DNA of 40,297 nt from positions 1-40,297 of the IMG/VR virus record IMGVR_UViG_3300014208_000016. One strand, given 5' to 3'. Positions 1 to 9,986 of the stretch are shown piece after piece; position 1 is the first letter of the stretch; each line of letters starts with the position of its first letter. Below the pieces are notes generated by a model that saw nothing but the letters and a program-made list of their open reading frames with translations, had not been told where the DNA came from and made no database searches. Source of the stretch: a virus. Taxonomy: Duplodnaviria; Caudoviricetes. The position numbers and the translations under genes are program-made.

Positions 1-123
1 AGCAAATTTAAGCACTTTAAGCATGAATATATCTTATATAAACGACAAGATAGGTGAAATTACAGACACTTATATAGACAGTACTTTATTTGGTGTTATT
101 TCTAAAGACAATATGTACAACTA
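1..123. repeat. Terminal direct repeat, left copy (circular assembly overlap)
   Basis: Bases 1-123 are identical to 40175-40297, and an ORF reads through the junction in frame. Confidence 0.95.
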
Positions 124-475
124 TACGTCAAGTTTAGTCTATCCTACCAGCACAACAGTAGTAACATTAGTCAATAACTCTTACGTTGAAGTTATTCCAG
201 TTAATACCATTACACATCCATTTAGTATCACTGGAGCATTTACGGGATTAATGACGAGTGCTGTCGGTTGGTATAGTTTTATTATTGCCAAAGGCAGTGC
301 TAGCTCTGAAATAGATATAGCAACTACTGCTGATTATAATACTAGTGATTATGAAATAAACGCATATAAAAATATCACAACCCCTATATTACCAGCCAAC
401 ACCAGAGTATCCGTAAAACTTATAGGAGCTGATACCACTTCCTATATAAAGTTAGCTTATCAGGAGTATATATAA
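1..475 (+). CDS. Putative virion protein, paralog A (3' part; true start at 40065 across the junction, 194 aa total)
   Basis: ATG at 40065 (MVENNAIYGK...) is in frame with the track ORF 23..475. It aligns end to end with 475..1134 (MVENNDIYAK...; YVEVIP, ILPANTRVS, YQEYI). Confidence 0.75.
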   Translation, partial: ANLSTLSMNISYINDKIGEITDTYIDSTLFGVISKDNMYNYTSSLVYPTSTTVVTLVNNSYVEVIPVNTITHPFSITGAFTGLMTSAVGWYSFIIAKGSASSEIDIATTADYNTSDYEINAYKNITTPILPANTRVSVKLIGADTTSYIKLAYQEYI

Positions 476-1134
476 TGGTAGAGAATAACGATATATACGC
501 GAAAGTGGTAAGAACAAATAAAAATTTAACTGATTTAATAAATACTAATTTAAGTACTCTGACTATAAGTATATCAGCTTTAGCGTCTAGTGCCAGTTTA
601 CTAGGAATAGATATCGGACTTATAGACGATAAAATAGGTGAAGATACAGATGTTTATACAGATGAAACTATATTTGGCCAATTAGATAAAGAAAATATAA
701 ATAATTATACATCTTCTTTTATTTATCCTACGGGAACTACAGGAACAACGTTAGCAACAGGTTCTTACGTTGAAGTTATTCCAGCTAACACTATAACAAA
801 TCCATTTAGTATAGTGGGTTTAATAGCTGGAGATATGTTAACACCTGGAGGATGGAGATCTTTAGAAATAGCTAAGGGTGGAGCTGGAGCTGAGGTTAAT
901 ATAGCTACTACGGCTACTTATATAACAACATATTCTTTTTCTGTTGGTACATCTATTAGTGGTAATCCCGTAAGTGGCTATACTCTTAATATGTCCACTG
1001 TTTCTTTATATTTTAACAAAGCTGGATATTTACCAGTCACCACACCTATTTTACCAGCTAATACTAGAGTATCTGCAAGATTAACAGGTAGTGCCACAGC
1101 TACCATTAAATTAGTTTATCAAGAATATATTTAA
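475..1134 (+). CDS. Putative virion protein, paralog B
   Basis: 219-aa ORF coupled by TAATG to paralog A, T/S/G-rich, located between portal and scaffold. Confidence 0.7.
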   Translation: MVENNDIYAKVVRTNKNLTDLINTNLSTLTISISALASSASLLGIDIGLIDDKIGEDTDVYTDETIFGQLDKENINNYTSSFIYPTGTTGTTLATGSYVEVIPANTITNPFSIVGLIAGDMLTPGGWRSLEIAKGGAGAEVNIATTATYITTYSFSVGTSISGNPVSGYTLNMSTVSLYFNKAGYLPVTTPILPANTRVSARLTGSATATIKLVYQEYI

Positions 1135-1147
1135 AAAGGAGAGAAAT

Positions 1148-2077
1148 ATGTCTATTCAAGATGCAATCGAAACACAGGACAAAGATGTCGATTCTACAGA
1201 GTTTTTTAATGATGTAATTAAATCGTATTCAGACAATGAACCTGAAAAAGAAAATCCAAAAGAAAAAGAAATGGATAAAGAAGAAGTAGTAGAAGAAGAA
1301 TTAGAGGAAACACTAGAAGAAAAAGAAGATACTAGTGAGAAAAAAGAAGAAGAGTCAACAGAAAAAAATAAAAAAATAGATTCAAATATTCTAGGTAAAA
1401 CACCAGAAGAGATTGACGAACTAATAGATAAACGCACACAAGAGGCTGTCCAAAAACATGAAGTAAGCCTAAGGGAACTTCATGAAGCTCAAACAAACGA
1501 AGTGACAGCAAAGTCATGTATGCAACAATTAGAGCAGACTTATAGCCAATATGAACAATCTATACCCCAAATAGAAAATATGCTTGAGGATGGACAGATA
1601 ACCACTCAACAATACAAACAAGCAATCAACCAAGCAGTTGTAGAAATGCAACAGCTCAGAAATAAATATGCTCAATTACAACAATATACACAACAGACAA
1701 ATAAACCTAAGATTAAGCATACAAATGATATGTTTTATCAAAAATTACAAACGGAATCACCAGATTATAAAGATTCTATAGTTCAAAAATATGCGACAAA
1801 TCTCAAGGAAAAAGTTTATGATGTCGGTGGCATCGATATGGCTCAAGGCGGATTTAAAGATTATGTAAGGGATTTCTTAGTACCTGCCATAAAAGAAGGC
1901 GAAAATAGAGGCTACCAAAAAGCTAAGAACGAAATCCAAAAACAAAATGCTAAGGCAAAAGCTAAGTCAGTTGTACAAGATGGCGATAGTAGACAAACAG
2001 ATAATTCGGCTATTCGTACCGCAGATGACATTCTCAACGCATCAAAAGATGCTTTATTAAGTTACGTATTGGATTAA
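1148..2077 (+). CDS. Capsid scaffolding protein
   Basis: Acidic E/K-rich N-terminus, Q-rich coiled coil, directly upstream of the capsid gene, AAGGAG RBS. Confidence 0.75.
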   Translation: MSIQDAIETQDKDVDSTEFFNDVIKSYSDNEPEKENPKEKEMDKEEVVEEELEETLEEKEDTSEKKEEESTEKNKKIDSNILGKTPEEIDELIDKRTQEAVQKHEVSLRELHEAQTNEVTAKSCMQQLEQTYSQYEQSIPQIENMLEDGQITTQQYKQAINQAVVEMQQLRNKYAQLQQYTQQTNKPKIKHTNDMFYQKLQTESPDYKDSIVQKYATNLKEKVYDVGGIDMAQGGFKDYVRDFLVPAIKEGENRGYQKAKNEIQKQNAKAKAKSVVQDGDSRQTDNSAIRTADDILNASKDALLSYVLD

Positions 2078-2093
2078 CAGGAGAGCATAAAAA

Positions 2094-2993
2094 ATGGCTA
2101 AATACGATCAATTAATTAGGAAGGTTCTAAATGAAACAGTAGAACCCTTGTTGGAAAGGAAACTTATATTAGAAGACCTTGCCACAACAGAATTTGAAGG
2201 TGAAATAACAGGCAAACAAGGTGGAGATACTGTTACCGTAGTATACGGTGCTGACGTAGCCTTGAGAACATATACAGTAAATGCACAATTAACATACGAC
2301 CAACCTGCACCAACTACACACGAAATTAGAGTAGACACTGGAAAATACTTCGTTTATAAATTGGATTCCTTTGAAGAAAGACAAATGGGAACAACTAGAG
2401 CTGGTGCTGTCATGAAAGATTTAGCTCATCGAGCAGCATACCAATTCTCTAAATCAATTGAAGATGATATCGCAGGACTTTATACATCCGCTGGTTTAGT
2501 TATTGATAATTCAGGTCATTACACAAATGGTGGAGCTGATATTTCTAATGCTAGTGCTTTGAGTTTAACCTCTAGTAATACATTTGAATTTATGAATGAT
2601 ATGAGTGTTCTTTTTGACGAAAGTGACATCCAGCCAGAAAATAGATTCGCAGTGTTGCCACCGTGGATGTGCGGTAAATTAAGACTCGATGATAGAAATG
2701 TGTATACAGAAAAAATGGTAGATCAACAGAATACAGCTAAAATCAAATACCCAGTATGTGGTTTTGAAGTATTTAAATGCAATTCTATTAAATCAAGTTC
2801 TACTACTTATTACCCATTATTTGGTGTTAAGAAAAAATCTTTTGCAGTTGTAAGACAAATTAACCCAACCGCTCAGGACGCAAGCAGACCAGACCGTTTT
2901 GAATCTGCAACAAAAATGGCCTTACTATATGGTGTAGATTGTCACCGTTCAGATATGCTCGGTGTAGGCGTAGTAAGTAAAGGTTCAGAATAA
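2094..2993 (+). CDS. Major capsid protein (HK97 fold, P22-coat-like)
   Basis: 299 aa with FEGEI..GDTV, LFDESDIQPENRFAVLPP, GFEVFKCN and R..RFE..LYG motifs typical of podovirus coats; follows scaffold. Confidence 0.85.
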   Translation: MAKYDQLIRKVLNETVEPLLERKLILEDLATTEFEGEITGKQGGDTVTVVYGADVALRTYTVNAQLTYDQPAPTTHEIRVDTGKYFVYKLDSFEERQMGTTRAGAVMKDLAHRAAYQFSKSIEDDIAGLYTSAGLVIDNSGHYTNGGADISNASALSLTSSNTFEFMNDMSVLFDESDIQPENRFAVLPPWMCGKLRLDDRNVYTEKMVDQQNTAKIKYPVCGFEVFKCNSIKSSSTTYYPLFGVKKKSFAVVRQINPTAQDASRPDRFESATKMALLYGVDCHRSDMLGVGVVSKGSE

Positions 2994-3035
2994 TTAACAT
3001 ATAGACTGAATAATTAATAAAGGAGACATAAACAA

Positions 3036-3488
3036 ATGACTAGGACAGCGGATACAGTCAATTATATTGACAATAGTAACGGATATATATCATTATCTAG
3101 TAATGTTGTAACTATTGACTCAACTTTAGTTACAAATGGTGTAGCAGTTACAGATGCTAACGAGGTACAAAATAATACTTTATTTTTGTACGTAAAGAAT
3201 ACTTATGCAGGAGCAAAAATATTATATATAAGACCTGGTTCTAAACTTTCAGGGAGAACAGCTAGCGCACAACCTAATGCCCTACAAGGTGGAGTATCTT
3301 TTTCAATGGCGCAAGATGCCGAATATATAATTCCTATTAATGACTTATCAAGATTCCTACAGTCAGGAGTTCAGGATTACGATGGTGGTACAAGCGGAAC
3401 TTATGAAGGTTCATTATTCATTGATTTCCAATCAGGATTCACTGGACTTATAGCTCCGTTCTCATATAGAACAGCATTTACAGCGTAG
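3036..3488 (+). CDS. Putative capsid decoration/minor virion protein
   Basis: 150-aa beta-rich ORF right after the MCP and before a terminator; strong RBS. Confidence 0.5.
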   Translation: MTRTADTVNYIDNSNGYISLSSNVVTIDSTLVTNGVAVTDANEVQNNTLFLYVKNTYAGAKILYIRPGSKLSGRTASAQPNALQGGVSFSMAQDAEYIIPINDLSRFLQSGVQDYDGGTSGTYEGSLFIDFQSGFTGLIAPFSYRTAFTA

Positions 3489-3495
3489 CAGTAGC

Positions 3496-3524
3496 GAGGG
3501 GAGATATTATTCTCCCCTCTTCTT
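3496..3524 (+). terminator. Intrinsic terminator after capsid/decoration genes
   Basis: GAGGGGAGA-tattat-TCTCCCCTC 9-bp stem followed by TTCTT. Confidence 0.75.
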
Positions 3525-3550
3525 AAATTATTAAATAAAAGGAGATAAAT

Positions 3551-3997
3551 ATGTCAGCTTTAAGGCAATTACCAAGTATGAGGTTAAAAAATCTTCAAAC
3601 TAATAACATCTTTGAACTTACCGATAGAGAACAAATTGGAAAATGTCTAAGACAATCTTTTAATTCTCAAGTATTTTGTTCAAGATGGATAGATGGCAAA
3701 ATGGAAGAAAACTATCTTATTAGACCGATGCCTCGCTTTAAAATATTAAGTTGCGATGTAGAATTAGAAGATTTAGTTCCAAGAGAAGAAGCAACTATTA
3801 GTATTAGAAAAAAATTAACAGGTGAAGAAGTTATTAAGACTGAAACACTTGAAGATTTAAAGAAATTTTGTTTTGAAAAAGGTATTCATCATAACCCAAA
3901 TATAGGGTATTCTAAATTGAAGGAAAAAGTAGACAAATGGAAAGAAGACGAGGGAAGTCTTAGTGCTTCAAGTTCCAAAGTTACTAAATCTGAATAA
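3551..3997 (+). CDS. Hypothetical head-module protein with C-terminal HeH/LEM-like motif
   Basis: TLEDLKKFCFEKGI..NIGYSKLKEKV helix-extension-helix pattern; AAGGAG RBS. Confidence 0.5.
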   Translation: MSALRQLPSMRLKNLQTNNIFELTDREQIGKCLRQSFNSQVFCSRWIDGKMEENYLIRPMPRFKILSCDVELEDLVPREEATISIRKKLTGEEVIKTETLEDLKKFCFEKGIHHNPNIGYSKLKEKVDKWKEDEGSLSASSSKVTKSE

Positions 3998-4011
3998 ATA
4001 TTTCGTTAACA

Positions 4012-4052
4012 ATGGGAGGACTGTAATAATTATATGGTTCTCTCATCTTTTT
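4012..4052 (+). terminator. Intrinsic terminator
   Basis: 14-bp stem ATGGGAGGACTGTA/TATGGTTCTCTCAT with four G-U pairs (pairs fully only as + strand RNA), then CTTTTT. Confidence 0.65.
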
Positions 4053-4068
4053 ATAATAAAGGTATAAC

Positions 4069-4779
4069 ATGAATTATTTAGAATCAATTAATAGAGCAGA
4101 ACGCATACTAGGTAGATCGGTAACATCTTCGTTTGATGATTTGACTAATGAATTTCAACTTAATATAAAATCGTTAGTTAATCAGGTAAATAAAGATATA
4201 CTGTTGGCCTTTACATACCCATGTAGAGAACGCACAACCACATTGTCCGTAAGCGCAGAAACTGCAGAAAAGTATTCATCAGTAACTAATTCCATAACTG
4301 GAGAAATTAGTTGTATTTATGATACTACCGATGAGATTACATATACTTATAATCCTGAAAAAACAGATTTTATATTAGGACTTGCGAATAGTTATGATTA
4401 TGGGTTTAGAAACAATAAGATTCTATTTGATGCTAATGATACCGCGAGGACTTTATCTATAGAATATTATACTAATAAACTTGCTCTTGATAATACGACT
4501 TATGAAGATTTTGTAGAAGGTACTACAACACAAAAAGACGAACTAACTTCTAGCACCGATTATTCAATACTGCCAAGTTTTCTACATGAACCAATTTTAG
4601 TATATGGAACTTGTTATTATTTTGAATTAGAAAAAAACCAATCCGTCAAAATGGCAACATTTAAAATGCAATTCGACAATGGTGTAAAGCAATTAAATGC
4701 ACATAATAGATCAGAAGATCAAGGATACCAATTTATAATGGGAAATCTTGACCATAGTGTAAAACGAAGTGCCGTCTAA
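4069..4779 (+). CDS. Head-tail adaptor (tail tubular protein A-like)
   Basis: MNYLESINRA...LG N-terminus and LPSFLHEPILVYG C-terminal pattern; syntenic position. Confidence 0.65.
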   Translation: MNYLESINRAERILGRSVTSSFDDLTNEFQLNIKSLVNQVNKDILLAFTYPCRERTTTLSVSAETAEKYSSVTNSITGEISCIYDTTDEITYTYNPEKTDFILGLANSYDYGFRNNKILFDANDTARTLSIEYYTNKLALDNTTYEDFVEGTTTQKDELTSSTDYSILPSFLHEPILVYGTCYYFELEKNQSVKMATFKMQFDNGVKQLNAHNRSEDQGYQFIMGNLDHSVKRSAV

Positions 4780-4973
4780 AATAAATGGTTCAAAGGCGAC
4801 AATCCGTTTTTCCATAAATTTATTCTTTTATTGTCTTTTTCCCATTCATCAAATTTAATACCTGATTTTACATAATCGTTTGCACATAATTTACATAGTA
4901 AAGCTTTATGGATAAACTTCCAGCCTTTAGTATCCAATATACCTACATCTTTACAATTTTTACATCTTATCAT
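4776..4973 (-). CDS. Small CxxC..CxxC zinc-finger protein, antisense insert (65 aa)
   Basis: GGAGGT RBS 6 nt before the ATG at 4973 (MIRCKNC...CKLC); fills the adaptor-nozzle gap exactly. Confidence 0.7.
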   Translation of the reverse strand: MIRCKNCKDVGILDTKGWKFIHKALLCKLCANDYVKSGIKFDEWEKDNKRINLWKNGLSPLNHLF

Positions 4974-4993
4974 ACTGTTACCTCCGAGATAAA

Positions 4994-5023
4994 AGTATAA
5001 CACAAAAGGATTATTTTACACAA
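4994..5023 (-). promoter_or_regulatory. sigma70-type promoter for the antisense zinc-finger gene
   Basis: TTGTGT-18 nt-TATACT with extended TG on the - strand. Confidence 0.5.
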
Positions 5024-6774
5024 TGCCTGATTTTGAATTTGACAACCTTGCAGCTGGATTAAATTATAGAGATACAGATGTGGCATTAGGGAAAAATCAA
5101 AATATATACTGGAAAGAATCAGCAAATGTAAAACCATTTCAAGGAATTGGACTAGAAAAATGTAAAGGTAATACATTAATTGCCGATCATGGTACAGAAA
5201 TTGTTTCTGCTGGTAATTATTCTTTAGGTAATGATGAATATATAATGTTCGCAGATTCTAGTGGGGGTGTATATGAATATGACACAACAGCTAGTTCTAC
5301 AAGTTCAGTGTTGGTAACAGAATTGGATGGAGACGCAAGAGGGGCATGGGTGACCTATGGTCAAGGTATTATTTATAGTAATGGGGTTGATGAACCTTTT
5401 ATTTACTTTAGGGATAGGTCAACAACCGTAACAGGTACAGTGGCGGTAACTATTTCAAGCAAAAATGTAACAGGGACGAACACTGTTTTTGAATCACAAC
5501 TTCAAATTGGGGATTCAATAACCATAAATAGTGAAAAGCATATTATAGCTACTATTGTTGATGATACACATCTAACTACACGTACAAACTTTGCAGCTAC
5601 AGCGAGCGGTAAGACTGTAATCCGTAATAAAATAACTTACCTTATAGCAGTTGGAAGAGATGGAACTATATTAAGAAGTACGGCAATAGCTACATATAAA
5701 GGTAGAGTATATATAGCACAAGATGGAGGTATTTTTTATACAGCGTTAGGTACGTATACTGATTGGTTAACAGTAGACGATGCAGGATATAATAAAAACT
5801 TCTTTAATGACTCTTCCACAATACAAGCTTTAAGTCTATTTGGAGATTTTTTAGCAATACACAGAAAAGGTCAAATAATTCTTTTGCAAGATATCGAGGG
5901 GACTCCTGAAAATTTCATTTATGCTGTAGCAACCAACAGAGGTAGTAGTAGTCAATTTGGAGCTATTACAATACAAAACGAACACATATTTTTTGATTCT
6001 GGCATATTCCCACTAGGTAAATCTGGCGCAGTAGATCAAACAATGCTACAAGATGAATTAACTGTTAATATAAATAATACCTTTTTAGGCTTCTTGAATG
6101 GTTCACTTGATACATCGAGAGCAGACGAAGTAACTCTTTTGCATTACAGGGATCAGAGAGAACTCTGGTGTTATTTCCCATTAGATGATGTCTCGTATTT
6201 TCAATATGTTTACGTATATGATTACCAACGAGGAGCATGGCATAAAAGAGTTTCACCACAGGAAATAACTTGCGCTATAGAACATAAAAACTTCATATAT
6301 TCATTTGATACTGGTGGAAAGATTTACAAAGAAGATATAGGGTCTACATGGAATGAAGTTGATATAGATTTTTATGTACAAACGGCATATCTTAATTTCG
6401 GTGAAGCTCATAAACAAAAAGACGTAGATGAAATTAAAATAATACTTGATACAAAAGTTAATAACAATTTTTATTATAAGTATTTCTTTGATTATGATAA
6501 TTATAACACTTCACCCACGCAATATATAAATATTACAGGAGATAACGCTTCTCTAATATGGTCGGATGATTCAGGGAGTATAACATCAACAGAATGGGCA
6601 AACGACGCTGGTACTTCTGGGAACAATTGGGCGCAAACTGTTTTAACATCATCGTATCTTGATAGATATAATGGCTTTATGGGAATATCAATCTATTTCT
6701 ACGGAAGTGGAGAAACACAGGATTTAGGAATAATAGGCTTAAAATTCTTCGGAGTTCAATCTAATTCAGTATAA
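5023..6774 (+). CDS. Tail nozzle/tubular protein B-like (P22 gp10-like)
   Basis: 583-aa beta-propeller-like protein; F..LAAGLN N-terminus, YVYDY..GAW, LNFGEAH.QK motifs; internal beta insert. Confidence 0.7.
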   Translation: MPDFEFDNLAAGLNYRDTDVALGKNQNIYWKESANVKPFQGIGLEKCKGNTLIADHGTEIVSAGNYSLGNDEYIMFADSSGGVYEYDTTASSTSSVLVTELDGDARGAWVTYGQGIIYSNGVDEPFIYFRDRSTTVTGTVAVTISSKNVTGTNTVFESQLQIGDSITINSEKHIIATIVDDTHLTTRTNFAATASGKTVIRNKITYLIAVGRDGTILRSTAIATYKGRVYIAQDGGIFYTALGTYTDWLTVDDAGYNKNFFNDSSTIQALSLFGDFLAIHRKGQIILLQDIEGTPENFIYAVATNRGSSSQFGAITIQNEHIFFDSGIFPLGKSGAVDQTMLQDELTVNINNTFLGFLNGSLDTSRADEVTLLHYRDQRELWCYFPLDDVSYFQYVYVYDYQRGAWHKRVSPQEITCAIEHKNFIYSFDTGGKIYKEDIGSTWNEVDIDFYVQTAYLNFGEAHKQKDVDEIKIILDTKVNNNFYYKYFFDYDNYNTSPTQYINITGDNASLIWSDDSGSITSTEWANDAGTSGNNWAQTVLTSSYLDRYNGFMGISIYFYGSGETQDLGIIGLKFFGVQSNSV

Positions 6775-6793
6775 AGAAAGGTAGTTAAAGACT

Positions 6794-7360
6794 ATGACCT
6801 TCGCATTAAATGAATATCAATTTGAAAATATATCCGCACAAAAAGGTGTAAATATCAAATATTTTCAAGATGTATTAAAACTCATTAATAAGCATAAAAA
6901 TAATTTACTTGATGACTATTTGCCAAGTACCCCAGAAGGTGTTATAGAATTAATCGATAGTCTTTTCCCTTGGTTTTTTATAGTTCTTAAAAATGACAGA
7001 TTCCTAGGTTTCTTTTATTGTCATAACTGGTATGGAAATAAAGATAAATTACATTCATGTTATTTAACAGCAGCTTCTACAAAAGAGGCTTATGGCAAAG
7101 ATACGAGAAAGGCTTTAACTCTATTTTGTAATTATTTATATGACGCAATAGGCATTATCAAAATAAAAGCGGAAGTGTGTAAAAATAATAGACTTTGTAT
7201 TAATATTCTCGAAAATACAAGATTTAAAAAAGAAGGGTATTTAAAGTCTAACACTATGATAAATAATCAATTACAGGATATGCTGGTTTATAGTAAGGTA
7301 AATCCCAGATATTTAAAAAATATTAATAATAAAAAAGAAGTTAATTGTGAATTAATATAG
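6794..7360 (+). CDS. GNAT (RimJ-like) acetyltransferase-fold protein
   Basis: AYGKD, KIKAEV.KNN, LENTRFKKEGYLK motifs; usual podovirus position between nozzle and ejection genes. Confidence 0.75.
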   Translation: MTFALNEYQFENISAQKGVNIKYFQDVLKLINKHKNNLLDDYLPSTPEGVIELIDSLFPWFFIVLKNDRFLGFFYCHNWYGNKDKLHSCYLTAASTKEAYGKDTRKALTLFCNYLYDAIGIIKIKAEVCKNNRLCINILENTRFKKEGYLKSNTMINNQLQDMLVYSKVNPRYLKNINNKKEVNCELI

Positions 7361-7368
7361 GTGTAAGA

Positions 7369-8250
7369 ATGAAAAATTTTAATATTCTACCTTTTAGTGA
7401 CGAATCATACAATCCGTTAATGAAAAGAGATGGTAAAGCATTTATGAGTTATTTCGGAGGTGGTGGCAGTAAAGTAGAAACTCCGGCAGCAGTATCTCCT
7501 ACAGCTACATTAACCGAAGATGAGAAAGCACGTCAAACTCGTTACGGAAAAGATTTAGCACCATTTGAAGAACTTTATAATGCAACTCCAGAATATTATA
7601 AAACGTACGCAGAGGATATAAAAAACTTATATCCTGAAAGAAGAGAGCGAACAAGTTCCTTAGAAGATCAAATTTATAATATGCTTCCAAACGTAAATAC
7701 TTTAAGTCCTGAATTTCAACAACAAACACAACAGAATTACGATATAAGAAAAGAACAAGGGCTTAAAAGCCTTAACGAATTATATAATCCATTAGAGCAA
7801 AAAATAACAGGTAGAGCATTTCAGAATTTTGGAGGATTAGAAAATTCAGCATATAACGACTTAGAGAACAAGTTAATGGAGCAAAGAGGTAGTACCGTCA
7901 ATGATTTCATTAACCAACTACAGTTACAAAAACAACAAGAAGAAGCGACCCAGTTAGGTCTACAAGGTCAAAATCTACAAAATTTGATGTCAGGATATAA
8001 TATGTACAATACAGGCACGCAGGAATATCCTGCCGCGTTAGGTAGTGCAGCAGAACTAGGCAAAGGCGGAACAGCTCTTTATAATGATTTAATAAATGCG
8101 ATAAGCAACAAAGGTCTACAAGGGGCAATGTTACAAAATCAATTCAATTTAAGTAATTATCAAAATTTATTAGGACAACAACAACAACAGCAACAAAATA
8201 GAAACTCTATGATTGGAGCTGGAATATCAGGATTAGGAGCATTGATATAA
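7369..8250 (+). CDS. Internal virion/DNA ejection protein 1
   Basis: GGGGSK near the N-terminus, Q-rich helical body, hydrophobic Gly-rich C-terminus. Confidence 0.6.
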   Translation: MKNFNILPFSDESYNPLMKRDGKAFMSYFGGGGSKVETPAAVSPTATLTEDEKARQTRYGKDLAPFEELYNATPEYYKTYAEDIKNLYPERRERTSSLEDQIYNMLPNVNTLSPEFQQQTQQNYDIRKEQGLKSLNELYNPLEQKITGRAFQNFGGLENSAYNDLENKLMEQRGSTVNDFINQLQLQKQQEEATQLGLQGQNLQNLMSGYNMYNTGTQEYPAALGSAAELGKGGTALYNDLINAISNKGLQGAMLQNQFNLSNYQNLLGQQQQQQQNRNSMIGAGISGLGALI

Positions 8251-9986
8251 TGTTTAACCCATTATTAACACCAGCTAGACAACAAGATTTAGTTGATTTT
8301 GGTTCAATGGGTTTACCGTATAATTCAAGAGATTTCATAAATGATAAACCTATGGCGAGAAAACAAATACTTGACATATTAAAAAATATTTATCAAAAAG
8401 GATTAAACTTCTCATTATCTGGCGGTTATGGGGCTGGACATACGAGTCCGGAACATACCGCTTATGGTACAGCAATAGACATGGTTCCATCTGGAAATAC
8501 CCAGTATGATGATTTAGTAAAGGCATTAAATTCATCAGGCTTAAAAACACTAGTACATGATGCTGGGAGTGGTAAACATATACATGCTCAACCAGGTCAA
8601 TATTTATTGGATGAATACTCACAAAATAATTCACAACCAAAACAAGAGGCAAAAAAGAATATGAATTATATGAATGCAGCAATGCCCTTACAAATGAAAG
8701 AATTGTCTCTGGAATCACCCGATATGACTAATTTGAATAAATCTATATATACACCATTTACCAATTTTCCAACGCAGGCAACTCCTTCAATGCCTCAGCC
8801 CAATAATTATATGAATTTGGGTGCGCAACAGAAAAAAGAACCACGGGATATGACACCTTTACAACTGGCTCTTATACTAACAGGACAAACCATAGCTAAT
8901 CAAGGAAAAGGTGCTGACTTTACTCCATTAACTAATTATCTTACACAGAAAAAATTGCTATCTACAAAACAAAAAGAGGAAGAATCTAAGGCTTACAAAG
9001 AAGGTATAGAAGCAACTAATTATATAGCAGCATTAAAACAGATGGGTATGAATATTCCAGAAGGTGTAACCGATCTTAAATCAGCACAAGAACTTGGTGA
9101 ATTAAATTTTAAATTAAGAGAGGCCAAGTCAACAGAAGAATATAGAAATACATCATTGGCATTACAAGAAAAAGAGTTACAACATAAAATAAAGGGTGAA
9201 ACAGGAGTTAAAAATATCTTTGCAGGTTCAAAAGACCCTGGCTTAATAATGATGAGTATACTAAATGACCCACAATCATTACAACAGTTATCACCTCAAA
9301 CACAACAGGACATGAGAAGTTATCTAGACACTAAGATTAAAACACCTTCATCTATATTTGAACAAGAACAAGCTAAAAAACAGGGCGGTATTACTGGTCA
9401 AATGGAAGGTAGATATAATATAGGCGATGTAGAAGCATTAAAAGCACAAGCTTCCGCATCAGGAAAGATTCAAGGAGAAGTAGGTGGATCAAAAACAGTT
9501 GCAGATGTTGAAGCAGAAAAAGGCAGAGGCAAAAATTTAGCAGAATCCCAGCAAGCTTATTCTCTTATGACTTCTAAGATGCCGAGTCTTGAAAAGACGG
9601 TAACAGAATTAGATAAATTATCGAAAGCAGCAACGTATACAAAAGCAGGACGGTTTACTAATGAGTTCAAAAGACAATTAGGAATAGACGTAGGCGATGC
9701 AGGTGTGGCAAGGAAACAATATCAATCAATGGTAAATAACCAAATACTCCCATTGCTAAGACAGACTTTTGGTGCTCAATTCACAGAGAAGGAAGGTCAA
9801 ACTTTAAGAGAAACTTTGGGAGATGTAAACGCATCACCAAGAGAAAAACAAGCCGTTTTAAAATCATTTATACAGCAAAAAAGAAGAGATATAGAAGACG
9901 CTGGAAGACAAATACAGACACAAGGTGGGAGACTTCCTTCTGTCCCCCAAGCACCTAAGTTAAATAATACAGGATGGGCATTCTAA
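8250..9986 (+). CDS. Internal virion/ejection protein 2 with N-terminal M15-like Zn-peptidase domain
   Basis: H-x6-D (HTAYGTAID) and HxH (KHIH) motifs; long helical remainder. Confidence 0.6.
   Translation: MFNPLLTPARQQDLVDFGSMGLPYNSRDFINDKPMARKQILDILKNIYQKGLNFSLSGGYGAGHTSPEHTAYGTAIDMVPSGNTQYDDLVKALNSSGLKTLVHDAGSGKHIHAQPGQYLLDEYSQNNSQPKQEAKKNMNYMNAAMPLQMKELSLESPDMTNLNKSIYTPFTNFPTQATPSMPQPNNYMNLGAQQKKEPRDMTPLQLALILTGQTIANQGKGADFTPLTNYLTQKKLLSTKQKEEESKAYKEGIEATNYIAALKQMGMNIPEGVTDLKSAQELGELNFKLREAKSTEEYRNTSLALQEKELQHKIKGETGVKNIFAGSKDPGLIMMSILNDPQSLQQLSPQTQQDMRSYLDTKIKTPSSIFEQEQAKKQGGITGQMEGRYNIGDVEALKAQASASGKIQGEVGGSKTVADVEAEKGRGKNLAESQQAYSLMTSKMPSLEKTVTELDKLSKAATYTKAGRFTNEFKRQLGIDVGDAGVARKQYQSMVNNQILPLLRQTFGAQFTEKEGQTLRETLGDVNASPREKQAVLKSFIQQKRRDIEDAGRQIQTQGGRLPSVPQAPKLNNTGWAF

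Noticed and set aside
1-123. 123-bp terminal repeat as a biological DTR
   Set aside because: It falls inside a gene that reads through in frame, which is typical of an assembler overlap on a circular contig.
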